A stretch of 64,000 nt of DNA, taken from contig CAVQGX010000037.1 in assembly GCA_963712115.1 (NCBI GenBank), forward strand, positions 1 through 64,000, read 5' to 3'. The position numbers were made by a program, and so were the translations under genes. Below, piece after piece: positions 27,977 to 37,406 of this stretch (the first letter of the stretch is position 1; every line of letters starts with the position of its first letter). The stretch comes from an uncultured delta proteobacterium. GTDB lineage: Bacteria; Desulfobacterota; Syntrophobacteria; BM002. Below the pieces are notes generated by a model, which was given only the letters and a program-made list of their open reading frames with translations, did not search any database and was not told the origin of the DNA.

Positions 27977-29449
27977 ATGGCAATAAGCCTGGCACTGATT
28001 GTAGTCTTCGGCCTGGCAGCGGATATCATTTTCCGCAAATTCAAGCTTCCTGGCCTGGTTGGCATGCTCATTGTCGGAGTTCTGGTAGGCCCCTACGTCA
28101 TAGGTCTCATGCGACCTGAAATGATGGAGGTCTCTGCCGACTTCAGAAGAATCGCCCTAATTGTCATTCTGCTGCGGGCTGGATTCGAGCTGCGACGGGA
28201 CACCATGCACCGGGTAGGTAAAACAGCGCTAATCATGTCAGCAGTGCCGGCCATCTTTGAAATTGCTGCAGTGGTGGCAGTGGCGCCTTACTTCCTGGAA
28301 ATCTCCCTCCTCGAAGCCGCCATTCTGGGCAGCATTCTGGGAGCGGTTTCCCCGGCAGTGGTGGTGCCCCTGATGATCGATTTTATGGAGAGGGGCAAAG
28401 GGGCCAAGAAGGGAATCCCAACAATGATATTGGCGGCCTCCTCCGTGGATGACGTCTTTGTCATTGTCCTCTTTACCATCTTTCTCGGTATGTATGGCGG
28501 CCACAAGGTCAATATCGCCTGGCAACTTGCCGGTATACCTATATCCATCGTCCTGGGGATAATTGTTGGTTTGATTCCCGGTTATCTACTCTACCGGCTT
28601 TTTCTCAAATACGACTGGCAACCTCCCCGGCGCACCCTTCTGGTTATAGGAACTTCCATATGTCTCATGTGGTTGGAGGAAATCGCCCACAATGTAGTGC
28701 CCATTGCCGCCCTGTTGGGGGTGATGGCCATAGGCTTCATCATCCTGGAAAAAGAGGAAGCCATTGCCCACATCATCTCCCAAAAGCTCAAGAAGCTCTG
28801 GGTTTTTGCGGAACTGCTGCTTTTTGTCCTGGTGGGAGCTCAGGTAAATGTATCTGTGGCCTGGAAAGCGGGGGCGGCGGGGCTGGCGGTTATTTTTATC
28901 GGCCTGGTGGCCAGATCGATTGGTACCTACCTGTCGGTTTTGGGCACCGATTACACTTGGAAAGAGCGCTTGTTTTGCGTGGTTGCTTACGTGCCCAAAG
29001 CAACTGTTCAGGCGGCCATCGGCGCAGTCCCCCTGGAAGCTGGGGTGGCCGGTGGTGAGGTGATTTTAGCTGTGGCAGTGCTCAGCATCCTGGTGACAGC
29101 ACCCCTCGGTGCCATTGGCATTATGCTCCTGGGTGAACCCATCTTGGAAGAAGAGAAACTCACGACCTACCGGTTCAAGACCCTAAGAGTGAAATTGCAG
29201 CTGCCAAGGGTAGGCGAGAGAATAAGAAGCAAAAGATATGGAACTATCTGGAAGATAATAGAAGAGAAGGAGGTTTGGCTGAAGACGCCTGGAACTGAAG
29301 GGAAGGAACCCGGGCCCATGCCGGCAATCTATTTGAGATTCTGGCAGCCGGAGTCGAGCAGTTCAGCCGGCACGGGCAAGACCATGGAGTATAGATACAG
29401 TTTTGTTGACACCTCATTTCATGCCAACTGGGAAATTCTCTATGACTAG
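27977..29449 (+). CDS. Cation/H+ antiporter, NHA2/SLC9B-like, with extra C-terminal domain
   Basis: ILLRAG, AVSPAVVVP, SVDDVF (DD motif), PKATVQAA; about 12-13 TM helices; GGAGG RBS. Confidence 0.9.
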   Translation: MAISLALIVVFGLAADIIFRKFKLPGLVGMLIVGVLVGPYVIGLMRPEMMEVSADFRRIALIVILLRAGFELRRDTMHRVGKTALIMSAVPAIFEIAAVVAVAPYFLEISLLEAAILGSILGAVSPAVVVPLMIDFMERGKGAKKGIPTMILAASSVDDVFVIVLFTIFLGMYGGHKVNIAWQLAGIPISIVLGIIVGLIPGYLLYRLFLKYDWQPPRRTLLVIGTSICLMWLEEIAHNVVPIAALLGVMAIGFIILEKEEAIAHIISQKLKKLWVFAELLLFVLVGAQVNVSVAWKAGAAGLAVIFIGLVARSIGTYLSVLGTDYTWKERLFCVVAYVPKATVQAAIGAVPLEAGVAGGEVILAVAVLSILVTAPLGAIGIMLLGEPILEEEKLTTYRFKTLRVKLQLPRVGERIRSKRYGTIWKIIEEKEVWLKTPGTEGKEPGPMPAIYLRFWQPESSSSAGTGKTMEYRYSFVDTSFHANWEILYD

Positions 29450-29575
29450 CGCAGAACGCATGGCGAAAAGGCATAGGGCATAGAGCATAGGGTTAAAATT
29501 TCGAAATTAAGATTCCGCAATTCTCGATTCCCATAGTGCTTAGTGCTTACTGCATAGTGCCTAGTTCGCAAAGCT

Positions 29576-30478
29576 CTATGAGCTTTGCGTAGACTCGTCC
29601 TCCCCATACCTTCTTTTCTTAATCATCATCCTGACAAATCCGGCAACAGTTATCAATGCTGCGAGAAAAAAGAGGATCGTATACAGGTTATTTGCCAGGT
29701 AAGTGAACCAGGTAATCTTTTTTCTCAGATGGGTATGCCATCTTCTCTCGAGTTCATCAAAGGGAATTGAAAAACTTTTCAAAACTGCCAAATCTATTTC
29801 ACTGCCCTCCTGCAGATGTCCAAGGAGGTCTAGAATTCGCTCTCGGCCAAATTCATGGTTGATAAACTCAACAAAACTTTTACTCTCCTCATAGGCCAGC
29901 AGAAGGGACTCTTTGTCCCTGGGGAAACTCTGACTCAATCTTTTCATGCTCAACAGATTGTTTGAGAGTACAGCCTTATCCAGAATCGATCCCTTTCTGC
30001 TCATCATGATCTCTGCAATGCCGTCGCTGGCCAACTGGGAAATTCCCTCATCGAGCCACCGTGGTAGCCTGCCATTCTTAACCCGGTTATGTAGAAGCAA
30101 ATGACACAGTTCGTGCTTCATTATTGTGCCGAGACTGAAGGGGGCGGTATTCATCTTCGTATAGTCGATCACCATCAGTTTTCTTTGGGGAACAGCGTAA
30201 GCAACAACCACTTCGCTCCCGGTCATTTCCTCAAATCTCTCCCGATTGGTGGTGAGCACCAATGTTGGCCTGAAATCCAGAGTCCAGTTCAAGCTACTCT
30301 CTAAATCACTTTTTATCGTGGGAAAGATGTTGACGGCTTCATTTGCAACAAATCTCAATGGCTCTTCGAATACAATAACTATCTCAGCTGTTTGAATTAC
30401 ACTTGCCTGCTCGGCATAAAGAGATGGGTGGAACATTACCAAAAAAATAACAAGCAAGAATAGTTCTTTTCGGGCCAT
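29576..30478 (-). CDS. Zincin (peptidase MA-like) metallopeptidase, membrane-anchored
   Basis: HELCH, PRWLDEG, LAY; signal peptide and C-terminal TM. Confidence 0.8.
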   Translation of the reverse strand: MARKELFLLVIFLVMFHPSLYAEQASVIQTAEIVIVFEEPLRFVANEAVNIFPTIKSDLESSLNWTLDFRPTLVLTTNRERFEEMTGSEVVVAYAVPQRKLMVIDYTKMNTAPFSLGTIMKHELCHLLLHNRVKNGRLPRWLDEGISQLASDGIAEIMMSRKGSILDKAVLSNNLLSMKRLSQSFPRDKESLLLAYEESKSFVEFINHEFGRERILDLLGHLQEGSEIDLAVLKSFSIPFDELERRWHTHLRKKITWFTYLANNLYTILFFLAALITVAGFVRMMIKKRRYGEDESTQSS

Positions 30479-30959
30479 CTTATTATTCAATCTATTAGCT
30501 GAAGGATGAGGATGAATACCGCATAAAATCTTTCAGTCTTTGTAGATTATTACCCCAGGGTAGTCAACTTGCTATCAAATCAAATCTCTCAAAGAGACTT
30601 AGAGGAAAAGAGAAGGTTCACAGATAAAATTGATTAATTCGCTGATTTGGTATCTCCGGTCCGACTTCGGGCAACCGGATTCTTCTATGGCTTGAATTTT
30701 GCAAGCAAAATCCTCCTTGATTGTTAGAGACCTTGGATAACGTTCCAGGTTTACCTAGCAGGGAGGTCAACGTCATGTTCCGTTTAATAAGAATGTGTCC
30801 AAAGTGCAGGGCGAGGATTTTGCTAAGGGCCAGGGTAGGGCAGCGGGTGACTTGCCCCGAATGTAAGAGCTCTTTCGTAGCTCAAGAAAACTAGAGGCAG
30901 TAAAGGAATAAGGCTTAAGAGACTAACTGATCAAGATCGAAAGAAGGGTGGAAAAAGCC

Positions 30960-31247
30960 ATGACTCTCACCAAAGCTGACATTGCGGATACCATTAGCGA
31001 CCAGGTGGGCTACACCAAGAGAGAATCCCTCAAAGTAGTAGACTACCTTTTCGAGTACATCAAGACTTCGCTGGAAACTGGCGACGATGTCCTCATAAGC
31101 GGCTTCGGTAAGTTCTCGGTGAAGGATAAGCGGGCGAGGAAGGGCAGGAATCCTCAAACCGGGGATCCCATACTTTTGTCACCCAGGAAGGTGGTAACCT
31201 TCAAATATTCTGGGAAGCTGCGAGATATGATCAATGATGATGTTTAG
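30960..31247 (+). CDS. ihfA: Integration host factor subunit alpha-like
   Basis: MTLTKADI, SGFGKF, GRNPQTG, RKVVTFK.SGKL. Confidence 0.85.
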   Translation: MTLTKADIADTISDQVGYTKRESLKVVDYLFEYIKTSLETGDDVLISGFGKFSVKDKRARKGRNPQTGDPILLSPRKVVTFKYSGKLRDMINDDV

Positions 31248-31302
31248 GCCGGGATGAACATGATTTTCAATGTCCATTCTGAGCCTTTAGAGGGGAAGTG
31301 GC

Positions 31303-31494
31303 TTATTCAAAAAGTTCCTCCTGGATTTCGATCCTGCGCTGCTCTAGTGCATACTTCAGAAACTTCCTTTCAGCCTTTCTGTAGTCTTCCTCCCCGTAAT
31401 AATTGCGGTTCTCCTCTGTTCGGAAGATAGCTCTATATTTTTCTAACAGCAGCCGGATACCTGACTTATTTTGTATCTTCATTTTCTTAATCAC
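31303..31494 (-). CDS. Small hypothetical protein (63 aa)
   Basis: FR..EN.NYY...DY..AERKFLKY, protein-like composition. Confidence 0.6.
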   Translation of the reverse strand: MIKKMKIQNKSGIRLLLEKYRAIFRTEENRNYYGEEDYRKAERKFLKYALEQRRIEIQEELFE

Positions 31495-31848
31495 AACCTT
31501 TCAATCTTTGATTTACAGCCTTTACAACCACCTCTCTTCTCCACTCCTCCTTTCTTCCCGAAATTCAGTCATCAAAAACTCCCTGCTGTTTCTACTCGAC
31601 GCTCTGTTGCTCAAAAGCAATCTTGATCAGTTTGGAGTCTCCTGAGGAAACTACAAAGAGTTTAATTTCGAGTTAGGCAAGCCGACAATTTCTCATGTAA
31701 CTTTCGATTGTTGGTGCTGACAGTTACAAATACACTTAACACAAATCGTACCAATCCCAGATGATTGATTTATTATTAATAATTACCAATATTTAAGTGG
31801 TAAAACGGGAAAATTTGTCCAGGAAATCCTGGGTAATCCGATGCCAAC

Positions 31849-31868
31849 AGTGGAAAAAATTTTCCACT
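31849..31868. promoter_or_regulatory. Palindromic operator/UAS candidate
   Basis: AGTGGAAAA-AA-TTTTCCACT about 66 bp upstream of a sigma-54 promoter. Confidence 0.5.
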
Positions 31869-31933
31869 TTTTCCCGCGTGGTTATCATGAGTTCATGGCT
31901 GTAGGATCATTTTTTGCTTTAATTTTGATAATT

Positions 31934-31949
31934 TGGCATGTATTTTGCT
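31934..31949 (+). promoter_or_regulatory. sigma-54 promoter (PilZ-ihfA-PilZ)
   Basis: TGGCAT-GTATT-TTGCT. Confidence 0.75.
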
Positions 31950-32055
31950 TTTTTAATGACCTAAAGGTTTGAAAATAAAGCATGTTTCTGTAATTGCTTG
32001 GTTTTTGGAACTTAACTGAGAGCATGAGAGGGTAGGGGAAGAGGGCCACAACAAG

Positions 32056-32370
32056 ATGATCTACGACGATAGACGAACATACCCCAGAGCCGAGGTAAAA
32101 TGGCCTGTTTCCGCAGTTACACCTGAGGGGACCATCCATGGCGAGACGAAGAATCTCAGCATGTTGGGGGCTTTTATCTGCTGTCCTCAACCTCTGAGAT
32201 TAAATGAAATAGTGGCATTGACCATCAATATCCCGGACACGGAGCACTCACTCACAGTTAGGGCACAAGTGGTGTGGTCAAATGGTTGCGCTTGCGAGGA
32301 CGAGGCGAGCCCAAATGGCATGGGAGTCAGGTTCATATGGCATTGCGGAATCCTGACTAACGAGAATTGA
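32056..32370 (+). CDS. PilZ domain protein
   Basis: DRRTYPR, NLSMLG, VVW, GMGVRF. Confidence 0.88.
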   Translation: MIYDDRRTYPRAEVKWPVSAVTPEGTIHGETKNLSMLGAFICCPQPLRLNEIVALTINIPDTEHSLTVRAQVVWSNGCACEDEASPNGMGVRFIWHCGILTNEN

Positions 32371-32404
32371 AGCGAGAGGTAGTCATTAACAAAGGATACT
32401 CGTC

Positions 32405-32695
32405 ATGACCCTAACAAAAGCAGAAATCGCCGAACAGGTCCACAATCAGGTAGGCCGGAACAAGAAAGAATCCGCGCAAATGGTTGAAGCTCTTTTCGAA
32501 ACCATCAAGGAGTCTCTAGAAGAGGGGAAGGATGTCATGATCAGCGGTTTCGGAAAGTTCTCTATCCGTGACAGAGGAGAAAGAAAAGGCAGGAACCCAC
32601 TCACTGGCGATGCAATAATGCTACCGGCAAAGAAAGTGGTGACTTTCAGATGCTCTGGAAAACTCAGGGAGAAAATAAACGGGGAAACAAAGTGA
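32405..32695 (+). CDS. ihfA: Integration host factor subunit alpha-like (second paralogue)
   Basis: MTLTKAEI, SGFGKF, GRNPLTG, VVTFRCSGKL. Confidence 0.85.
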   Translation: MTLTKAEIAEQVHNQVGRNKKESAQMVEALFETIKESLEEGKDVMISGFGKFSIRDRGERKGRNPLTGDAIMLPAKKVVTFRCSGKLREKINGETK

Positions 32696-32753
32696 GCCTC
32701 TTTTTTGCCTCCTGTGAAAGGTTAAACTGTTCCAGAAAGACGGATAAGGCGAT

Positions 32754-33092
32754 ATGGTCTTAGGAATCAAGAGCCGCGGGCAGCCTAGAGCCAAAATAAA
32801 ATGGCCCGTTTTAATGCAGACCACTAGCGGTTCAATAAGCGGGGAGACCCAGAACATCAGCACCAGTGGTGCCTTCATCTTCTGCCAGGATCCGTCAGGT
32901 CTAGAAGACAACTTCCAGATAATTATCAAGGTTCCTCACCGTCAGTCGCTGAGCATATCAGCAAAGGTCGTTTGGAAGACAGCTTCCACAATGAATGACA
33001 AGGCTCCAGGTTCTGGTATCGGCGTCCAGTTCTCAGGAATCTCAGCAGACGATCGGAGGCTTCTCCAAGCCTTGATCGCAAAACACCGATAG
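32754..33092 (+). CDS. PilZ domain protein
   Basis: RGQPR, NISTSG, VVW, GIGVQF. Confidence 0.85.
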   Translation: MVLGIKSRGQPRAKIKWPVLMQTTSGSISGETQNISTSGAFIFCQDPSGLEDNFQIIIKVPHRQSLSISAKVVWKTASTMNDKAPGSGIGVQFSGISADDRRLLQALIAKHR

Positions 33093-33155
33093 TAACTTGT
33101 GTCCATCCAGAGATTCCGGGTAAACATTAACTAATTCCTCCTATCTTTCATCCCT

Positions 33156-33171
33156 TGGCACCATGTTTGCA
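33156..33171 (+). promoter_or_regulatory. sigma-54 promoter (candidate sRNA)
   Basis: TGGCAC-CATGT-TTGCA, consensus match. Confidence 0.75.
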
Positions 33172-33181
33172 TTAAAACTCC

Positions 33182-33261
33182 AATGAGGTGGGCGTAAAGC
33201 TCACCCATACCATTTCCCTAGTCCCCCATTGGCACAGGAGAGTCGGTGGGGGACTTTTTTT
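33182..33261 (+). ncRNA. Candidate about-80-nt sigma-54-dependent sRNA
   Basis: Hairpin GGTGGGC/GCTCACC, linker, 14-bp terminator stem and T-tract directly after the promoter. Confidence 0.6.
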
Positions 33262-33461
33262 CCCTGCCAGACCTCACCTTTTCCCCTTGCGCCTAACCTA
33301 GTCTAGCCTGTATATTCCACAAATCTGTTTCGCCAAATATCCGACCAGATTAATACTTCTGAACTCCGCTGCCGAGCTTGCTTCTGCCGGCACCTGGCTC
33401 GAGAAGCAAAGAAAGATTTTCTGAGGGAAAGGGGTGTGAGAACAGTAAGGAGAATATCAAG

Positions 33462-34019
33462 ATGAAAAGGGTTTTAATAATAGTAATATTATTTACTATC
33501 CTCCCTGCCAACACTTTTCCTGCGGTCCAACAAAAGGATCAGCTATTGCAGGCAACAACAGCTGCTTTGGTGGTCCAGTCTCTTCAATTAGGTGATAAAG
33601 CACAACAGTTATTTAGCATAAAGGACGGTCTTCTAAAGATCGTAAGAATAAGAGAAGGTAATCTTACCTCTCAAGAGGATATGATGATTGATGCAGCCAC
33701 AGAGATGAAGTATATTGCTACGGTCGCCTATTTCGAAGGTAATCTATTAGGGGCTGTGTTGGCTTTAAAAAAAGAGTTCAAGTTACATTTTATTAATGAT
33801 CGAATATTGGAACTTGAGAATGCTATAAAAGGTACCATTTCAAGCTTACAAGCTATACAGGTTGCACACTCAAGAATAGAGGAGAGGTCGGCCAGAGGCC
33901 AACTGGATAGATCAATCAAGGCCGTAGGGGAAATACTGGAGATATACAAAAATAGCATTGAGATCTTGCAGAGGATAAAGAAGAAAGAATTTGGCGAAGA
34001 GGAGATAAAACAACCGTAA
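33462..34019 (+). CDS. Hypothetical exported helical protein
   Basis: AAGGAG RBS, signal peptide MKRVLII. Confidence 0.7.
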   Translation: MKRVLIIVILFTILPANTFPAVQQKDQLLQATTAALVVQSLQLGDKAQQLFSIKDGLLKIVRIREGNLTSQEDMMIDAATEMKYIATVAYFEGNLLGAVLALKKEFKLHFINDRILELENAIKGTISSLQAIQVAHSRIEERSARGQLDRSIKAVGEILEIYKNSIEILQRIKKKEFGEEEIKQP

Positions 34020-34230
34020 AAAGCCCGATAATGCCCGAGGGAATTGAAATAATTGTAAGGAACCGTTAGGCTAAAAGAGCAACTCAGTATCAAGCAGTCT
34101 TGTATCAATACGATGTGGGTCCTATCTGCCACGAGATCGAGCCTGGAACTAGCAAAGAACCAGGCCTGGAGGACTTGGTCTTGAGCTCCCCCAAGTGAAC
34201 GGCTCAAGGCACAGGGCCTTTGTTAGCCAG

Positions 34231-34596
34231 CAGCAGGCAGTCGTTTCAACTAGGCACTAGGGACTAAGCACTAGGCACAGCAGGTCGACGCGGGGACCCG
34301 CCCGCCTCGCCTGAAGGCGAAGCCGATGGCGGGCAGGCGCGGAGAAACGGCGAGACGGCGATGAGAGGTCAGAGGACAGACGACAGATGGTTCAAAGTAC
34401 TGAATACCCGCCCGCCTCGCCTGAGCGGCTCGCGATGGCGGGCAGGTCGAACAGCAGAACAAGGAACCGCAGAATGATGAAGTGATCACTTAGATATTGG
34501 AAATTCCTTGTTCGATATTCTGCGGTTCGAAGAGGCGGTAGCTCAGATGAAGTCAATTTTGATTGCTTTTCTCCTGAATTCTGGATTCTGACTCCT
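34231..34596 (+). repeat. Composite repeat E; second copy 46471-46791
   Basis: About 320 bp near-identical (TTCAACTAGGCACTAGG...CTGAATTCTGGATTCTGACTCC); this copy carries an extra repeat-B insert. Confidence 0.9.
34297..34337. repeat. Repeat B hairpin (CCCGCCCGCCTCGC...ATGGCGGGCAGG)
   Basis: Other copies near 7233-7273, 17899-17933, 34407-34446, 36531-36609, 46604-46643. Confidence 0.9.
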
Positions 34597-34763
34597 GGCT
34601 CCTTGCTCTATGCCCCATGCTCTATGCTCCATGCCCTAGGCCTTACGCCTTATGCCTTAAACCTCTTGGTCCGGCAAAGCCATTGAAACTTGACCTGGCC
34701 CATCGAAGATCCCGCTATGCGGGGAAGGACCAAGTTTTCTTTGCCCAAATAAAGAGGCAGCCC

Positions 34764-34964
34764 ATGAACAGTTACGAAATTCATTTGGCAGGAGACAAGA
34801 GATGCATATTTTGTGGTGCCCAGGGAGATAGTGTGCAGCTTCTGAATACAAGAGCAGAGTGTAAAGGGGGAGTGGAAAGCTATTATTTTCGCTGTGGCCA
34901 ATGCCGGCAGTATTTTGTGGAATACTGGATCAACGGAGAATTGAAGACTGTGCTAGCCTCGTGA
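34764..34964 (+). CDS. Small zinc-ribbon protein (66 aa)
   Basis: CIFC...CGQC; GAGG RBS before ATG 34764. Confidence 0.6.
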   Translation: MNSYEIHLAGDKRCIFCGAQGDSVQLLNTRAECKGGVESYYFRCGQCRQYFVEYWINGELKTVLAS

Positions 34965-35042
34965 AGGGGGCCTCAGTGTGGTTCGGGCGAACCCAAGGAA
35001 AAAGATCAGACCCATTCACAAAGCAGTTAACCGTAAAAGGAC

Positions 35043-35273
35043 GTGGGGATGGCGAAGCTCAATAAGATCGCCCTGGGGTTAATAACAGAGCTGGAGTCTA
35101 TTCGGGATGAGTTGGGCTCAGCACTGGACAACATAGAAGGCAAAGGTAAAACTGACGTTATTCATGCACATGGCCGTCTTGCAGACTTGGCAGCAAATGT
35201 CACTCTTCTGGTCGGGCAGTTCAGCCTAAAGAATTTGGCCAAATTCATCAGGGGGAGGACAAAAAGGGGATAG
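35043..35273 (+). CDS. Small hypothetical protein
   Basis: Helical composition, AAAGGA RBS. Confidence 0.5.
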   Translation: MGMAKLNKIALGLITELESIRDELGSALDNIEGKGKTDVIHAHGRLADLAANVTLLVGQFSLKNLAKFIRGRTKRG

Positions 35274-35345
35274 CCTGCCGAAGAGTTCAGGATGACATTG
35301 AGTAGGTTGCGGATGGAAAGCAACTAAAGAAAAGGAGGAGAGCCG

Positions 35346-36419
35346 ATGAAAGCAGTAGTCTACGAAGAATATGCCCCGGATGATGATTTTAAGCGGATTC
35401 TGAAGGTGAAAGAAATTGACGAGCCCAAACCGAAGCCCAATCAAGTGGTTTTCCAGGTAAAGGCAGCAGCGCTCAACTACAACGACATCTGGGGAATGCG
35501 AGGAACGCCCATTCCAGTACCCTTGCCCCACATTTCGGGCTCGGACGCAGCAGGGGAAGTGATTGCTGTAGGGGAAGATGTAAAGCAGATTAAAGTTGGA
35601 GACAGGGTTGTGTCTCACTCAAACATGTCCTGCAGGGTTTGTGCGGCCTGCACCGATGGTCGGGAGTTCGATTGCAGGTACAGGACCATTTGGGGTTTTG
35701 AGACAGGGCCGCTGTGGGGGGGATTTTCCGAAGTCACCTATCTCCCCGAGGTAAATGTCATAAAGATACCGGATAAGGTGAGCTACGACGAGGCTGCGGC
35801 AGCTTCGATGACCTTGCTCACTTCCTGGCACATGCTGGTTGGGAGAGCCAAGATCAAACCCGGACAGACCGTGCTGGTCATGGGGGGCGGCAGTGGTGTG
35901 GGAAGTTTTGGCATCCAGATTGCCAAGCTTTACAACTGCACGGTAATCGCCACAGCCAGCGGGGATAAGTTGGACAAGTGTCTAGAACTCGGGGCAGACT
36001 ACGCCGTGGATCACAGGAAGGAGGACTGGCCCAAGCAAGTGAGGGCCATAAGCAAGGAAATTGGCCAGAAAACCGGTGTGGTTCCTGGCATAGACGTCTC
36101 TTTTGACCACATTGGCGAGACCCATTTTAACCAGCAGCTGACTCTGCTCAAGTATGGTGGAACTCTGGTCCAGTGCGGGGCAACAACGGGCTATGACGCC
36201 AAGGCCGACCTCAGGCACATTTTCTTTAAGGGTACAAACATACTTGGCTCAAGCCAGGGAACCAAGGCCGAGGTAGAACAGGGATTCTACTGGATGTCCC
36301 AAGGAAAGATAAAGGCTGCCATAGACTCCGTATACCCCTTTGAAAAAGCGGCAGAGGCTCACACAAAGATGCTTACAGGCAAAGGGTTGTTCGGCAAGAT
36401 CCTCTTGAAGCCAGAATGA
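35346..36419 (+). CDS. Zn-binding MDR-family oxidoreductase
   Basis: LNYND, GSDAAG, C-x2-C-x2-C-x7-C structural Zn site, GGSGVG; AGGAGG RBS. Confidence 0.9.
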   Translation: MKAVVYEEYAPDDDFKRILKVKEIDEPKPKPNQVVFQVKAAALNYNDIWGMRGTPIPVPLPHISGSDAAGEVIAVGEDVKQIKVGDRVVSHSNMSCRVCAACTDGREFDCRYRTIWGFETGPLWGGFSEVTYLPEVNVIKIPDKVSYDEAAAASMTLLTSWHMLVGRAKIKPGQTVLVMGGGSGVGSFGIQIAKLYNCTVIATASGDKLDKCLELGADYAVDHRKEDWPKQVRAISKEIGQKTGVVPGIDVSFDHIGETHFNQQLTLLKYGGTLVQCGATTGYDAKADLRHIFFKGTNILGSSQGTKAEVEQGFYWMSQGKIKAAIDSVYPFEKAAEAHTKMLTGKGLFGKILLKPE

Positions 36420-36469
36420 TCTCGAACTCAAAAGGTAGCATGGAGCATAGGGCACGGGGCATGGAGTCT

Positions 36470-36785
36470 TGTCAATTAGTTGATTAGAGAATTAGTTAAT
36501 TCGTTAAAAGCGTTAAAACCGTTGAATTCGCCTGCCCGCCATCGCGAGCCCTATCGGCATTGCGAGGCTTCAGCCGAGGTGGACGGGCCGCTCAGGCGAG
36601 GCGGGCGGGTTGAAACCGTTCAATTCGCAAGACTCACTTGCAATTTGAAGGCTCCTACCTATTACAACGAATGACAGCGAAGCGTAGTGACCTAATGACG
36701 GCAAAGCCAAAATGACGTGAAGCTCGATCAGAGTGAAGCAGTGGTGCCTAGTGCTTAGTTCCTAGTGCCTAGTTGAATAGCTGCT
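36470..36785 (+). repeat. Composite repeat copy with nested inserts
   Basis: Matches 11467-11683 plus a repeat-B insert that is itself interrupted. Confidence 0.85.
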
Positions 36786-36809
36786 CGCTGAATAAGACCG
36801 GCCAATGGG

Positions 36810-37160
36810 CTAAGATTTGCGAGAATGTTCCGCCGTAAGGGTTGCTTCTCTTCCCTCAGGGGCAGGGGCAGACACCCTGATCGTGTAGTTTTTGCCAATT
36901 CTGACAATGTCCCCGTCGCAGAGCTCAGCTGACATCACTCTTTTGCCGTTAACAATAGTGCCGTTCTTACTTCCTTGGTCAGAGACAAGTATTTTTCGCC
37001 CCTTTACTGCAATGGTCGCATGGAGGCGGGACACGGTCATGTCCTTGAGAACGATGTCATTTCCGTGGACGCGCCCAATGGTTAGATTAGCTCCATCGGC
37101 GAGAGAATACTCTTTCAGGACAAGGTCTTGCAGGGTCAGTTCCAGCTTGAACGTACTCAT
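36810..37160 (-). CDS. FHA domain protein
   Basis: IGR...NDI, VSRLHA, D.GSKNGT.VNG, GD...IG. Confidence 0.92.
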   Translation of the reverse strand: MSTFKLELTLQDLVLKEYSLADGANLTIGRVHGNDIVLKDMTVSRLHATIAVKGRKILVSDQGSKNGTIVNGKRVMSAELCDGDIVRIGKNYTIRVSAPAPEGREATLTAEHSRKS

Positions 37161-37406
37161 TTTCCGATCCGATCGATTTGGTTTGCCATAGCAACCGATG
37201 CAACGATTATACCGCAGCAGAGGTTGCTGAGCGGATGCAAGTGCGGTGAGTTACTTTCTTGTAGATTGGATCGGGTATTTTGTCAATTAGCCAAATCTTG
37301 CCTTGTTCACTCTCTCTGAGATGCTCAAAGGGCTTAACGGGTTGACTAATTGGGATTTGAGATGTAGCTTACCCTCCAAGAGAAACCCCTTGACCCGACC
37401 AATCAG

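Noticed and set aside
31523-31573. Minus-strand 16-codon MTEFREERRSGEERWL frame
   Set aside because: Too short to support; possibly a gene remnant
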